The notes: generated from the sequence alone by a model not told the origin. A DNA stretch of 62,984 bases from Polyangia bacterium (GCA_035548155.1 DASZUD010000100.1:1-62984); one strand, 5' to 3'; positions 27,841-37,262 are shown, counted from the stretch's first letter. Translations and numbers: made by a program.

Positions 27841-28548
27841 TCAAGCTCGAAGCACCCACCGCCACGCTTCGCGGATCGCGTCGTGCGGCGAGAGATTCAG
27901 CAGATCGCCGTGGGCGATGACGGCGCGGTCGAAATCCCAAGTGAGAATGCGCTGAATGGCCGTGCGCGCGGTCTCGCGATCGCGCGTGAAGCAGCGCAGC
28001 TCGGGAGCCGGACGCGGCCTGCCCCACATTCCAAACATCCTCATCATCGCTCGCAGCACGCCGTTGGTTCCTGCTGTCTGGTTGCCGAAGTTCTCCACCA
28101 GATCCACCGCGACCAAGGTTCGGGCGGCCCGATGCAGGAAGACGACCTCTCGCATGATCCGATTGCCCACGAATACCTGATCCATCTGGCCGGCCCAGCA
28201 CGAGGGGGGCTCGTCGCCAATGATCTCGTCGAACCGAAGATCCTTGCGCTTGCGCTGGACGTCGACGGTGCCGAAGGTCCGCGCGTGGGGGAAGGCCTTC
28301 TGGGCGCTGCTGAAGTACAAGTGATGGCAGTTGCTTGGAGCCACGAGCGCAATCACCTCGCCGAGTTGCTCGATGTCCTCGCGGGTCGAGTCATCGATCG
28401 TGACCGGTGAGTGCAGGCACAAACCACCTTCGAGGCGGAGCACAGTCATGCGCGTTCGTATGGCGGCGCCCATGAGGCTCAACTGCTGCTCCTTGAGCCA
28501 TACGAGGCCGGGCACATATTCGACGAGGGGCAAGCGCTCGGTCGTCAC
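27841..28548 (-). CDS. DUF4336-like protein (metallo-beta-lactamase-like fold, unknown function)
   Basis: 235 aa. The pattern LSLMGAAIRTRMTVLRLEGGLCLHSPV...VIALVAPSNCHHLYF...RTLVAVDLVEN...WDFDRAVIAHGD matches my memory of DUF4336. Tentative. Confidence 0.7.
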   Translation of the reverse strand: MTTERLPLVEYVPGLVWLKEQQLSLMGAAIRTRMTVLRLEGGLCLHSPVTIDDSTREDIEQLGEVIALVAPSNCHHLYFSSAQKAFPHARTFGTVDVQRKRKDLRFDEIIGDEPPSCWAGQMDQVFVGNRIMREVVFLHRAARTLVAVDLVENFGNQTAGTNGVLRAMMRMFGMWGRPRPAPELRCFTRDRETARTAIQRILTWDFDRAVIAHGDLLNLSPHDAIREAWRWVLRA

Positions 28549-28660
28549 AGTCGAGTCCTCATCTGACTTGAGTTCGCGCCAGCAGTGTCACGGCGAGTTT
28601 GGACTGGTCCCGCCTGAGCCGCAAACGGGTCGGTAGGAGATAGGCTGGCTCGCGTGCACC

Positions 28661-28699
28661 GACGAACGACCGCCGTTACGGACGGTTCGTAACCGTTCG
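28661..28699 (-). terminator. Nested inverted repeats immediately 3' of the gene ending at 28700
   Basis: Outer stem gacgaacg / cgttcgtc encloses inner stem gttac / gtaac. No U-tract. Confidence 0.35.
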
Positions 28700-29359
28700 T
28701 CAGGGCGCGGCGATCGCCGGTGGGCTCGGGCGGCGGCCGCCGACGTCGAAGCCGACGTGCAGGCCCGTCGCCAAGGTGGTGCCTCCCACCGTCCATGTGC
28801 CGATCGACTCGGGGCCACACCCCCACACGCACGAGCCCATCGACTCCGCCGTCGCGGTGCCGAGGTCGGTTCGGGCGGCGACCCACCAGCCGATGAGCAA
28901 CGCGTGGCTGGGAGCGACCGCGAGATCCGCTGTCGCGCGCAGGCCGACGAAGGGCAGAGAAGCGGAGGTCGACGTGACGTCCGAAAGCAGGCCACTGCCG
29001 AGGTCGCTGTACGAGTGCGCGCCGAGCTCGCCGACGATCGTGAAGCGTCCGGAGCCCACGCCCTCGGACCAGCCGGCGTGCGCCGCCAAGTACGCCTCCG
29101 AGTGTCCGAACAGCGCCAATGCCGTGTCCACGCTGGCTCCCGCGACCACGTGGTCGAAGCGCAGGCTCAGCGACGCGCCGAGCAGTGCGTTGGCCGTGTC
29201 GGTCGAAGAGACGCCGTCTTTGTAGACGCGGTCTCCCGTCGCCGGTCCCAACCACACGGCGCCCTGGACGGCCGGCGACACCGCGTGGGCGAGGCGGCCT
29301 GAGGCCATCGCCGCCACGAGCACCACCGCCGCTGCTCCCTTCGTCAGGCTCCGGTTCAT
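28700..29359 (-). CDS. Secreted hypothetical protein, possibly small beta-barrel
   Basis: Start at MNRSLTKGAAAVVLVAAMASGRLAHA (signal peptide), 219 aa. Alternating hydrophobic pattern, Gly/Ala/Ser rich. Confidence 0.65.
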   Translation of the reverse strand: MNRSLTKGAAAVVLVAAMASGRLAHAVSPAVQGAVWLGPATGDRVYKDGVSSTDTANALLGASLSLRFDHVVAGASVDTALALFGHSEAYLAAHAGWSEGVGSGRFTIVGELGAHSYSDLGSGLLSDVTSTSASLPFVGLRATADLAVAPSHALLIGWWVAARTDLGTATAESMGSCVWGCGPESIGTWTVGGTTLATGLHVGFDVGGRRPSPPAIAAP

Positions 29360-29463
29360 GCGCACGGCCATTTGCAAGGTGAAGGCCACGCGCGGCGGCC
29401 GGAACGCGCGGGCTGCCGGGCCCCCCGGTGGTGGAGATTCGACGTCGCGCCGTCAGCGGCCGG

Positions 29464-30108
29464 TCACGCCCGCAGGGCGAGCACGTCCTCGAGCCCGTCG
29501 ACGACGTGCGTGGGCCGGCACGCGGCCAGTTGAGCCCGCCCGTGGCTGCCGTAGGTCACGGCGCACGTGGCGACGCCGGCCGCCGCGCCCATCTCGACGT
29601 CGTACGTCGTGTCGCCAATCACCAGCGCGTGCTCGGGCCGTGCGCCCGCCGCGGCCAGGATCTTGTGGACGGCCTCCGGGTGCGGCTTCGGGTTCGCGAC
29701 GTCCTTCTCGCCGACGACGATCCGAAAGCGCGCCGCGATCGCCAGCCGCGCCAGCAGCGAGTCCAGCGACACGCGCCCGCGGCTGGAGGCAACGGCCAGG
29801 AACACCCCGCGCTGGTCCAGCGTGCGCAGCACGGACTCCGCGGCCGCGAACAGCTTCACGCGCCGCTCGCCCTCGTGCGCGAACAGCGTCCGGTAGGTGG
29901 TGACGGCCTCGTCCACGCGCGTGGCCGGCACGCCGAGGCGCTCGAACACGGCGCCAAGCGGCGTTCCGATGAGCGCGACGACGGCTTCGGCGGTCGCTGG
30001 CGGCAGACCCATCACGCCCATCGTCCCCGCGACAGTGGACACGATGGCCTCGCGGCTGTCGGCCAGCGTTCCGTCGAAATCGAAGACGTACACCGAATAG
30101 GCGTTCAT
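29464..30108 (-). CDS. HAD-superfamily hydrolase (phosphoglycolate phosphatase-like)
   Basis: Start at MNAYSVYVFDFDGTLADS (DxDGT motif I). VASS (motif II). GDTTYDVEMG (motif IV). 214 aa. Confidence 0.88.
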   Translation of the reverse strand: MNAYSVYVFDFDGTLADSREAIVSTVAGTMGVMGLPPATAEAVVALIGTPLGAVFERLGVPATRVDEAVTTYRTLFAHEGERRVKLFAAAESVLRTLDQRGVFLAVASSRGRVSLDSLLARLAIAARFRIVVGEKDVANPKPHPEAVHKILAAAGARPEHALVIGDTTYDVEMGAAAGVATCAVTYGSHGRAQLAACRPTHVVDGLEDVLALRA

Positions 30109-30286
30109 GCGCGGGCTTCGGCCATCATGCGACAATGGGCGCCGTGATGCACTCGCGGTTCCGCTCGTTCGTCGTCCTCATGGCGGCCTTCGCCGGGCAT
30201 GCGCGCACACGTATTTCAAAAGCGCGTCGCCGATCACCCGTCGGAGGCGTGCGCAGCGCCGGGGCTTCTCTGTTACGCTGGCGGCC

Positions 30287-30937
30287 ATGCGACGCGCGCT
30301 GTTGTTGGTGGGGATCGTTCCTTTGTTGATGGGGTCGGGGCCTTGCGATGACGGTCCGGCCTCGCCCGCCGCGGACGGCGCTGCGGGAGCAGGAGGTTCG
30401 ACCGGCGGGGCGGGGACGACGGGCAGCGCCGGCACGAAAGGCGCCGCCGGTACCGGCGCGTCGTGCGCTGATAGGTACGAGCCGATCGCGAAGACGGTGT
30501 CTCTCTTTCAGGGCAACTGGATCCTCGACGAGGCTCCCGTGAACGGAAACTGCGGCGGCCAGTTCATCCTCAGCTTCGAACCGTGGACGTTCAACCCGCT
30601 CGAGATTCCGACGGATCCCACGGCGGTCCCTGGCTGCCCCGGCGAATTCCTCACGGTGACGCCGAAGCTGCTCCCCGAGACGGCGTGCACCCTGTCGGCG
30701 TTTTGCCCCAGCGCGGCGGCGGGAACCGGCTTCTACGTGCACCCGTACCCGAAGAATTCGGCGGTCATGCCCACCGCTACGGCGCTGCTCCTCGTCAAAG
30801 GTTCGCCCGACGCCGCGTGGAGGCTGACGGACCAGATCGTCGGCGTCGACCCGGCCACGCCGAACAAGATGACTTTCAACGGCAACTCCTACTCGCGCAC
30901 GCAGATCGTCAGCGGGGATTGCATGGCCCAGCCGTGA
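30287..30937 (+). CDS. Lipoprotein-like secreted protein, unknown function
   Basis: Start at MRRALLLVGIVPLLMGSGPC. G/A/T/S linker followed by a Cys-containing globular domain. 216 aa. Confidence 0.7.
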   Translation: MRRALLLVGIVPLLMGSGPCDDGPASPAADGAAGAGGSTGGAGTTGSAGTKGAAGTGASCADRYEPIAKTVSLFQGNWILDEAPVNGNCGGQFILSFEPWTFNPLEIPTDPTAVPGCPGEFLTVTPKLLPETACTLSAFCPSAAAGTGFYVHPYPKNSAVMPTATALLLVKGSPDAAWRLTDQIVGVDPATPNKMTFNGNSYSRTQIVSGDCMAQP

Positions 30938-31027
30938 CCTTCCGACGCGGCCTCGGCCGTCGCCGACCGTCATTGACTTCGAGTGACCCGGCCGGCAATG
31001 GTGGTGCGCCTCGAGGGAGGGCGCGCC

Positions 31028-32191
31028 ATGGGTCATCGTGCCGGTTCGTGGAAGGTCGCAGTCGGAACGGCGTGCGGGGCTTGGTTGGCGCTGGCGTCAC
31101 CTTTCGTCGTGGCCGACACGCAGACGCCGCCCATCGACGTGAGCACGGCCGGTGGCTCGGGCAGGCCGCCGCCCGTCGAGGAGAAGATGGTGACCGGCTT
31201 CGGGCTCAAGCTGGAGGAAGACAAGTTCCTCGACTTCCCCGTCGCCCGTTCGCTCGGCACGAACATGGACCGCAATTACACGGGCGGCGGGGCGATCAGC
31301 TCCTCGGGCCGCTGGGTCCACGCCGCGTATCTCGACGCGCCCCTGCGCATCTTGGACTTGCTGCTGTTCATCCCGAAGTACGCGCACGACCATGGGTTCA
31401 GGGACACGCACACCTTTTCCTTCGGGGTGACGGCGTTCACGCCGCTCGACGTCGCCTCGACGCAGGTCGTGTCTGACGACCGGCCCTACGGCTCGCTGGC
31501 CTTCCTTGCGGTGTCTCACCTCTCGGTGAACCACGCCGACACCGTCGCGGTGACCTCCGACTTCACGTTCGGGATGCTGGGCCTGCACATGGGTGATTGG
31601 GTGCAGACGACGATCCACGAGCACCTCGGGTATCAGACGCCGCAGGGCTGGTCGCACCAGATCTCCGAGGGCGGCGAGCCCACGGCGCGGTATGGCCTGG
31701 GCATTCAATGGCGTCCCGAATGGGCCGATCGCCTGCGCTGGGCCGACCTCACGGGCAGCCTCAAGGGCGAGGCCGGTTACTTCACGGGCGCGGCCGCCGG
31801 CCTGACGGCGCGCCTCGGGTGCATCAACTCGGATCCCTGGCAGTTCGCCGAGAACTCCATGCGCACCACCAACGAAGCCGGCCCCAAGTGTCGATGGAAG
31901 GTGGGCGGCCACCTGGCGGAGGCGTTCGTGTGGGGCACGGCGCGCGGCCGCGTCGTCGGGTACAACGCGCTCTTGCAGGGCCAGACGCAGCCGAGCGACT
32001 ACACGCTGCCCTCCGACCGCATCAATCGGCTGCTCGGCGAGTACGAGCTGGGCGTCACGCTCTCGCTCTACCGCGTGCGCGCGAGCTGGCTGCCCGTCAT
32101 CGGTCGAACCGCCGAGTTCTCCGGCCCGCTCGCGCGCACGCACACCTGGGGCTCGCTGTTCCTCGGGTTCGACGGGACGTTCGGTACATGA
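31028..32191 (+). CDS. LpxR / DUF2219 family outer-membrane protein (lipid A 3'-O-deacylase-like)
   Basis: Signal peptide ...GAWLALASPFVVA. Motifs NMDRNYTGGG, DDRPYGSLAF and VQTTIHEHLGYQTPQGWSHQI resemble the LpxR-family signatures (DRxYT, DRPYAG, GW..Q). 387 aa. Confidence 0.75.
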   Translation: MGHRAGSWKVAVGTACGAWLALASPFVVADTQTPPIDVSTAGGSGRPPPVEEKMVTGFGLKLEEDKFLDFPVARSLGTNMDRNYTGGGAISSSGRWVHAAYLDAPLRILDLLLFIPKYAHDHGFRDTHTFSFGVTAFTPLDVASTQVVSDDRPYGSLAFLAVSHLSVNHADTVAVTSDFTFGMLGLHMGDWVQTTIHEHLGYQTPQGWSHQISEGGEPTARYGLGIQWRPEWADRLRWADLTGSLKGEAGYFTGAAAGLTARLGCINSDPWQFAENSMRTTNEAGPKCRWKVGGHLAEAFVWGTARGRVVGYNALLQGQTQPSDYTLPSDRINRLLGEYELGVTLSLYRVRASWLPVIGRTAEFSGPLARTHTWGSLFLGFDGTFGT

Positions 32192-33102
32192 TTTCTCTCA
32201 CCGAGCACCTGGGCGTGCCCGACGAGGTGGCGCGCGCCTATCACGCCGCCTGCGCGCGCTACGGCCATCGCGCGCAGGTCACCGGCATCGACGTCGGCGC
32301 GCGCATCCGCAAGGGCCGCCACACGAAGGAGCTCTGCGTCCGCATCCACATCAAGGAGAAGGTCGCGCACAAGCTCCTCACGGCGCGCGAGCGATTTCCG
32401 AAGAAGCTGGGTCAGGTCCCCGTCGACGTCATCCAGGCTCGCTACGCCCGTCACACCGGCTCCGCCGTCGCGGCGCCGGCGGGCGTCGGCTCGGGCACGG
32501 CGATCCGCAACCGTCGCAGCACCAACGGCACGCTGGGCGCCTTCGTCCAGGACGGCGCGGGCGCGCAGTGCCTGCTGAGCGCGTCCCACGTGCTGGCCCC
32601 GCACGACACGCTGTCCCCGGGCGACATCGTGCGCGCCGCGGACGACGTGCTGATCGCGAGCGCCCAGAACATGGACCTGCGCACCGACTCCGCCGTCGCG
32701 CGCCTGCAAGCCGGCGTGGTCCCTTCCTCGACGGTGGTCGGTTCCGGCGTCACCCTGAGCGGGACGGCCTACCCCCAGCGCGGCGACGTGCTCGAGAAGT
32801 CCGGCGCGGCGACCGGCGTCACCCGCGCGTGCGTCGAAGGCTTCGGCAAGTACAACGACGGCAACGTCGACGGCGTCGGCCTCGCCTTCCGGCTCGTTCC
32901 CCTGCCCGGCGAGACCGGCCTCATCTCCGATTTCGGTGACTCCGGCGCGATCTGGTACACGACCGACGGGCAGAGCCAAGATCCTCGGCGGGCGATCGGC
33001 CTGCACGTGAAGGGCAACCCCGACCAGAACCCTCACGACCAGTGGGCCGTGGCCACGATGATGCCGGCGGTCTGCAGCGTGTTGAAGGTGACGCTGCTCT
33101 GA
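32188..33102 (+). CDS. Chymotrypsin-fold (S1-type) serine protease-like protein without signal peptide
   Basis: The ATG at 32188 overlaps the upstream TGA (ATGA). Candidate triad: LSASHVL (His), DSAVARL (Asp), DFGDSGAIW (Ser). N-terminal about 90-aa beta-rich region (VTGIDVGARIRKGRHTKELCVRIHIKEK...VPVDVI). 304 aa. Confidence 0.75.
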   Translation: MISLTEHLGVPDEVARAYHAACARYGHRAQVTGIDVGARIRKGRHTKELCVRIHIKEKVAHKLLTARERFPKKLGQVPVDVIQARYARHTGSAVAAPAGVGSGTAIRNRRSTNGTLGAFVQDGAGAQCLLSASHVLAPHDTLSPGDIVRAADDVLIASAQNMDLRTDSAVARLQAGVVPSSTVVGSGVTLSGTAYPQRGDVLEKSGAATGVTRACVEGFGKYNDGNVDGVGLAFRLVPLPGETGLISDFGDSGAIWYTTDGQSQDPRRAIGLHVKGNPDQNPHDQWAVATMMPAVCSVLKVTLL

Positions 33103-33184
33103 GGCTCACGCCCGGCGGAGCGGCACGAGGGGCGCGGAGCTTCCGGGAGTGAACCCGAACCGCCGTCAGGTAAGGTAACGGACG

Positions 33185-33970
33185 GTGCCGATCGCCCTGC
33201 TCGTCCTCGCCGCGTTTGGCGCTGGTTTGGTGGACGCGATCGCGGGCGGCGGCGGTCTCGTGAGCTTGCCCGCGTTGCTGGCCGCGGGGCTGCCGCCGAC
33301 GGTCGCGCTCGGCACGAACAAGGGCCAGGCGGTCTTCGGCGCCGTCACCTCGGCGGCCTCGTTCACGGCGCGCGGCGCGATCGACCGGCGGCGCGCCGTG
33401 AGCGGCTTCGTCGCCGGCTTCGTCGGCTCGTGGATCGGCGCGCGCGGCGTGCTGGCCATCCCGCTCGGCTCGCTGCGCGTCGTCGTCATGGTGCTGCTGG
33501 TCGGGGCCGCCGTCCTCGCGCTCGTGCGCCGGAACGCCCCCGCGCGCGCCCGCGCGCTCGGCCCCGGGGCGGCGCGTGGCGCCACGATCGCCATCGCGCT
33601 CGTCCTCGGCGCCTACGACGGGTTCTTCGGGCCGGGCACGGGCACGCTGCTGGTCATGGCCTTCGCCACCGTCTTCGGCGACTCGCTGGTGCGGGCCTCC
33701 GGCAACGCGAAGATCGTGAACCTCGCGTCCAACCTGGCGGCGGTCTCGCTCTTCGCGTCGCGCGGCACCGTGCTCTGGTCCCTGGCGTTGCCGATGGCTG
33801 CGGCCAACGCCGTGGGCGCCGCCACGGGCGCGCACCTCGCGATCAAGCGCGGAGAACGCGTCGTGCGGGTGGCGGTCCTGGTCGTCGTGGCAGCCGTCGT
33901 GGTGAAGCTCGGCGTCGACGTGCGGGCGGGCGTTGCGCCTGCGCCTCCGCTGCAGGCGGCCGGCCGATGA
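33185..33970 (+). CDS. TauE/SafE (TSUP) family anion exporter
   Basis: 261 aa, GTG start. LVDAIAGGGGLVSLPALL...LGTNK, plus a second GxxDGFFGPGTG half-repeat. Confidence 0.88.
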   Translation: MPIALLVLAAFGAGLVDAIAGGGGLVSLPALLAAGLPPTVALGTNKGQAVFGAVTSAASFTARGAIDRRRAVSGFVAGFVGSWIGARGVLAIPLGSLRVVVMVLLVGAAVLALVRRNAPARARALGPGAARGATIAIALVLGAYDGFFGPGTGTLLVMAFATVFGDSLVRASGNAKIVNLASNLAAVSLFASRGTVLWSLALPMAAANAVGAATGAHLAIKRGERVVRVAVLVVVAAVVVKLGVDVRAGVAPAPPLQAAGR

Positions 33971-34044
33971 CGATCCCGGGACCCACACGCGCGACAGACA
34001 GGCCCTTTTCTTGCCTCGGCGCCCCACGGGTGTTCAATCGACCC

Positions 34045-34797
34045 ATGGAGACAGCGCAGGAAAACGAGGCACTCCCAGTCCCGACCGAGGTCGATCCGCT
34101 CGCGAGGCCGCGCCTGGGCGCCGAGGCGGTGCGGGCCTCGCTGGAGGCCGTGCGCGTCGCGCAGGTGGCGGCGCGGGCGCGCGCGCGCCGGGAGACGCGC
34201 TGGGCGCGCCTCATCACGGTGGGCGCGCTCTCGGCCATGGGGGTCACGGCATGGGCCGCCGCGCATCGTCCCGCGCGGGCACGCACGGTCGTGGCCGCCG
34301 CGCCCGCCGTCGCAGCGTCAGCCCCCGCCGTTCAGGCGGCGCCGTCCGTTGCGCCGCCGCCCGTCGAGGCGCCCGCGGTCGAACGGCCGGCGGTCGTGCC
34401 GGCGGCTCCGCTGGCCGAGACGGCCGTGAGCGCCCCCGCGACCGGCTCGGCCGAGCAGGTCGCGCCGTGTGACGAGGCGTTCGCGCAGCGAAGCTGGCCG
34501 AGGATCGCCTCGACGTGCGCGGCCGCCTTCCAGGCGAGGCCGCAGGACAGCGCGCTCGCGATGCGCGTCGCGCAGGCGGAGCATCGGCGCGGTCACGTCG
34601 CGAGCGCGGCGGACTGGGCCCGCAAGGCGCTCGCCGTCGACGCAGAGATCCCCGAGGCGTTCGTGATCGTGGCGCGCGCCGAGGTGGCCGCCGGGCACGC
34701 GCGCGCCGGCGCCGACGCCTACCAGCGCTACCTCGCGCTCGCGCCACGCGGCTGGCACGCCGCCGAAGCGCGCCGCGCCGTACGCGCCGCGCGCTGA
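34045..34797 (+). CDS. Membrane-anchored TPR-like protein
   Basis: Start at METAQENE. TM segment ARLITVGALSAMGVTAWAA. Ala/Pro/Val linker. C-terminal helical TPR-like repeats. 250 aa. Confidence 0.65.
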   Translation: METAQENEALPVPTEVDPLARPRLGAEAVRASLEAVRVAQVAARARARRETRWARLITVGALSAMGVTAWAAAHRPARARTVVAAAPAVAASAPAVQAAPSVAPPPVEAPAVERPAVVPAAPLAETAVSAPATGSAEQVAPCDEAFAQRSWPRIASTCAAAFQARPQDSALAMRVAQAEHRRGHVASAADWARKALAVDAEIPEAFVIVARAEVAAGHARAGADAYQRYLALAPRGWHAAEARRAVRAAR

Positions 34798-34811
34798 AGC
34801 ACGCGCCTCGA

Positions 34812-34985
34812 CTACGAGTCGTCGCGCGGGCGGGGCGGGCGGCCGGGGCCCCGCCGAAACGCGAAGCGGCCCTTCTTGGCGGGCGCCGCCGCGGGATCGG
34901 CCTGACCGCGCGCTTCGCGTTCAGCCTTTTCGCGGGCGGCCTGCTGCTCCACGATCGCTGCTCTTCTCTCGTCGGCTTTGCTCAT
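34812..34985 (-). CDS. Small highly charged hypothetical protein
   Basis: 57 aa from MSKADERRAAIVEQQAAREKAERE... Divergent from the IHF/HU gene. Coding status uncertain. Confidence 0.35.
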   Translation of the reverse strand: MSKADERRAAIVEQQAAREKAEREARGQADPAAAPAKKGRFAFRRGPGRPPRPRDDS

Positions 34986-35041
34986 GGTGTCGGCCTCAGG
35001 CGAAGTATGCACGGGAGGCCGGCGTCACGGTACGATGTGCC

Positions 35042-35350
35042 ATGTCCAAGAGCAAGGCCGACCTCATCGCCGCGGTGGCGGACAAGGCCAGAATCCAGGC
35101 CGGGCGCGCCGAGGATCTCGTCAATCTCGTGTTCGAGTGCATGACCCAGGCGCTGGCGCGCGGCGAGGGCATCGAGATCCGGAGCTTCGGGAGCTTCACC
35201 GTCCGCCAGTACAAGGCGTACGAGGGGCGCAATCCGCGCAGCGGAGAATCCGTGCAGGTCAAGCCCAAGCGGGCTCCGCACTTCAAGGTCGGCAAGGAGC
35301 TGCGCGAGCGCGTCAACGCGAGCCGTCCCAAGACCGCGACGGCGCCGTAG
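35042..35350 (+). CDS. IHF/HU family DNA-binding protein (IHF beta-like)
   Basis: 102 aa. IEIRSFGSFTVRQYKAYEGRNPRSGESVQVKPKRAPHFKVGKELR is the canonical HU/IHF arm region. Confidence 0.92.
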   Translation: MSKSKADLIAAVADKARIQAGRAEDLVNLVFECMTQALARGEGIEIRSFGSFTVRQYKAYEGRNPRSGESVQVKPKRAPHFKVGKELRERVNASRPKTATAP

Positions 35351-35352
35351 AC

Positions 35353-36621
35353 GTGCCTTCGAAGCCGCGTGCCGTCGGGATCGACTTCGGCACCACCAAC
35401 AGCGCGGTCGCGGTCGCCGACGACGCGGGCCGCGTGAAGCTCCTGCCCCTGCCCGTGCCCGGGGGCGGCACCGCCGCCACGTGGCGCAGCATCCTCTACT
35501 TCGAGAGCGGCGACGACGCCGGCCAGGTGCTCGTGACCGTGGGCGCGCCCGCCGTCGCGCGCTACGTCGAATCGGGCGGCCAGGGCCGGCTCGTGCAGTC
35601 GATCAAGAGCCACCTCGCGAGCGAGCTCTTCTCGGGCACGCAGGCGATGGGCCGCCGCTACGGCGTCGACGACCTCGTCGCGATCTTCCTGCGCAAGCTG
35701 CGCGAGGCGGTGGACACCGACCTCGGCAGCCGCGCGGTCGTGGGCCGGCCCGTCCGCTACTGGGGCGCCGACACGGCCGCCGACGAAGAGCGCGCGCTGG
35801 CGCGCATGCGCAGCGCGCTGGCGCTGGCCGGCTTCGACGACGTGACCTTCGAGTACGAACCCGTCGCGGCGGCGCGCCGCTACGCCGCCGGCCTCGATCA
35901 CGAAGAGCTGGTCGTGATCGCCGACTTCGGCGGCGGCACCAGCGACTTCTCCGTGGTCCGCGTGGGCGGACCCGCGGGGGCCGAGGTGCTGGCGACCAGC
36001 GGCGTCGCCGTGGCCGGCGACAGCTTCGACGCGCGCCTCGTCGATCACGTCGTCGCGCCGGCGCTGGGGCAGGGGACGACTTACGAGGCGGAGTTCGGAC
36101 GCCACATGCCCGTTCCGCCGTGGCTCTACACGAACCTCCGTCGCTGGCACCACCTGTCGTTCTTGCGGTCGCGCCAGACCGAGGCGCTCCTCGACAAGAT
36201 TCGTCGCGGCGCCTCGGATCCGGAGGGCATCGAGCGGCTGATTCACATCGTCGAGGACGAGCTGGGGTTGCCGCTGCATCAGGCGGTCGAGGCCGGCAAG
36301 CGCTCGCTGTCGATGAACGAGGCGGCGCGCTTCTCCTTCGAGCACCCCGGCATCTCCCTCGGGGCGGACCTCGCGCGCGCGGCCTTCGACGCGTGGATCG
36401 AGGAGGAGCTCACCGACATCGAGCACGCCGTGAACGAGGCGCTGACCCGCGCGGGGATCGCGGCGCGCGACGTCGATCGCGTGTTCACGACGGGCGGCTC
36501 GTCGTTCGTCCCCGCCGTCCGCGCGCGCCTCGGCGCGCTCTTCGGCGCCCAGCGACTCGTCGGCGGCGACGAGCTGACCTCCGTCGCGTGGGGGCTGGCC
36601 GCCGTCGCGGCGGGACGTTGA
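35353..36621 (+). CDS. Hsp70/actin-fold ATPase, YegD-like putative chaperone
   Basis: GTG lies 2 nt after the IHF stop. AVGIDFGTTNSAVAV (phosphate-1). VVIADFGGGTSDFSVV (phosphate-2). VFTTGGSSFVPAVR (adenosine motif). 422 aa. Confidence 0.88.
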   Translation: MPSKPRAVGIDFGTTNSAVAVADDAGRVKLLPLPVPGGGTAATWRSILYFESGDDAGQVLVTVGAPAVARYVESGGQGRLVQSIKSHLASELFSGTQAMGRRYGVDDLVAIFLRKLREAVDTDLGSRAVVGRPVRYWGADTAADEERALARMRSALALAGFDDVTFEYEPVAAARRYAAGLDHEELVVIADFGGGTSDFSVVRVGGPAGAEVLATSGVAVAGDSFDARLVDHVVAPALGQGTTYEAEFGRHMPVPPWLYTNLRRWHHLSFLRSRQTEALLDKIRRGASDPEGIERLIHIVEDELGLPLHQAVEAGKRSLSMNEAARFSFEHPGISLGADLARAAFDAWIEEELTDIEHAVNEALTRAGIAARDVDRVFTTGGSSFVPAVRARLGALFGAQRLVGGDELTSVAWGLAAVAAGR

Positions 36622-36665
36622 TTCCCTCGAAGTAACCTTCCTACTCACGGAGCATCCCACCGCCC

Positions 36666-37139
36666 ATGCGAAGACTTCCCCTCGTCATCTCCTCCCTGAT
36701 CGCGTTCGCGTCGCTCGCCGCCGGCTCGGCCGGGGCGAAGGTCCCCGGGCCGCCCGAGCTGGTCTGGAAGGACATGAGCTACAAGCAGAAGCGCGCCTAC
36801 ATGAAGGCGGCCGTGATGCCGGCCATGAAGCCCATCTTCCAGGCGTTCGACGCGAAGGCGTTCTCGAGCTTCACCTGCGAGACGTGTCACGGCAAGGACG
36901 GCGCGGATCGGCAATACAAGATGCCGAGCAACGACATCAAGCCGCTGCCCGACACGCCCGAGGCGTTTCAAGCCAAGCTGAAGGCGGAGCCGACCTGGCC
37001 GAAGTGGACCGAGTTCATGTCCAAGAAGGTCGAGCCCGAGATGGGCCGTCTGCTGAACGTCCCCGTCTTCGATCCGCAGAAGCCGGTCAAGGGCGCGTTC
37101 GGTTGCGCGGCTTGCCACAAGCTCGAACACGCCAAGTAA
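36666..37139 (+). CDS. Small secreted di-haem c-type cytochrome
   Basis: 157 aa with a signal peptide and two CxxCH motifs (CETCHGKDG, CAACHKLEH). Confidence 0.82.
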   Translation: MRRLPLVISSLIAFASLAAGSAGAKVPGPPELVWKDMSYKQKRAYMKAAVMPAMKPIFQAFDAKAFSSFTCETCHGKDGADRQYKMPSNDIKPLPDTPEAFQAKLKAEPTWPKWTEFMSKKVEPEMGRLLNVPVFDPQKPVKGAFGCAACHKLEHAK

Positions 37140-37262
37140 GCAGACCGGCCGCGCCGCCGGCGCGCGGCGTCGCAGGTGCGACAGTCGGTCGCATGCCCAT
37201 CGCCTCCGTCAAAGGGCCCTGGCTGTTTCGACAGAAACAACGGGACCCCAGAAAGCGGTGGC

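Noticed and set aside
34996-36660. 554-aa minus-strand ORF
   Set aside because: It is antisense to the IHF/HU and Hsp70-like genes. Composition is Arg/Ala/Gly/Asp-rich with no motifs.
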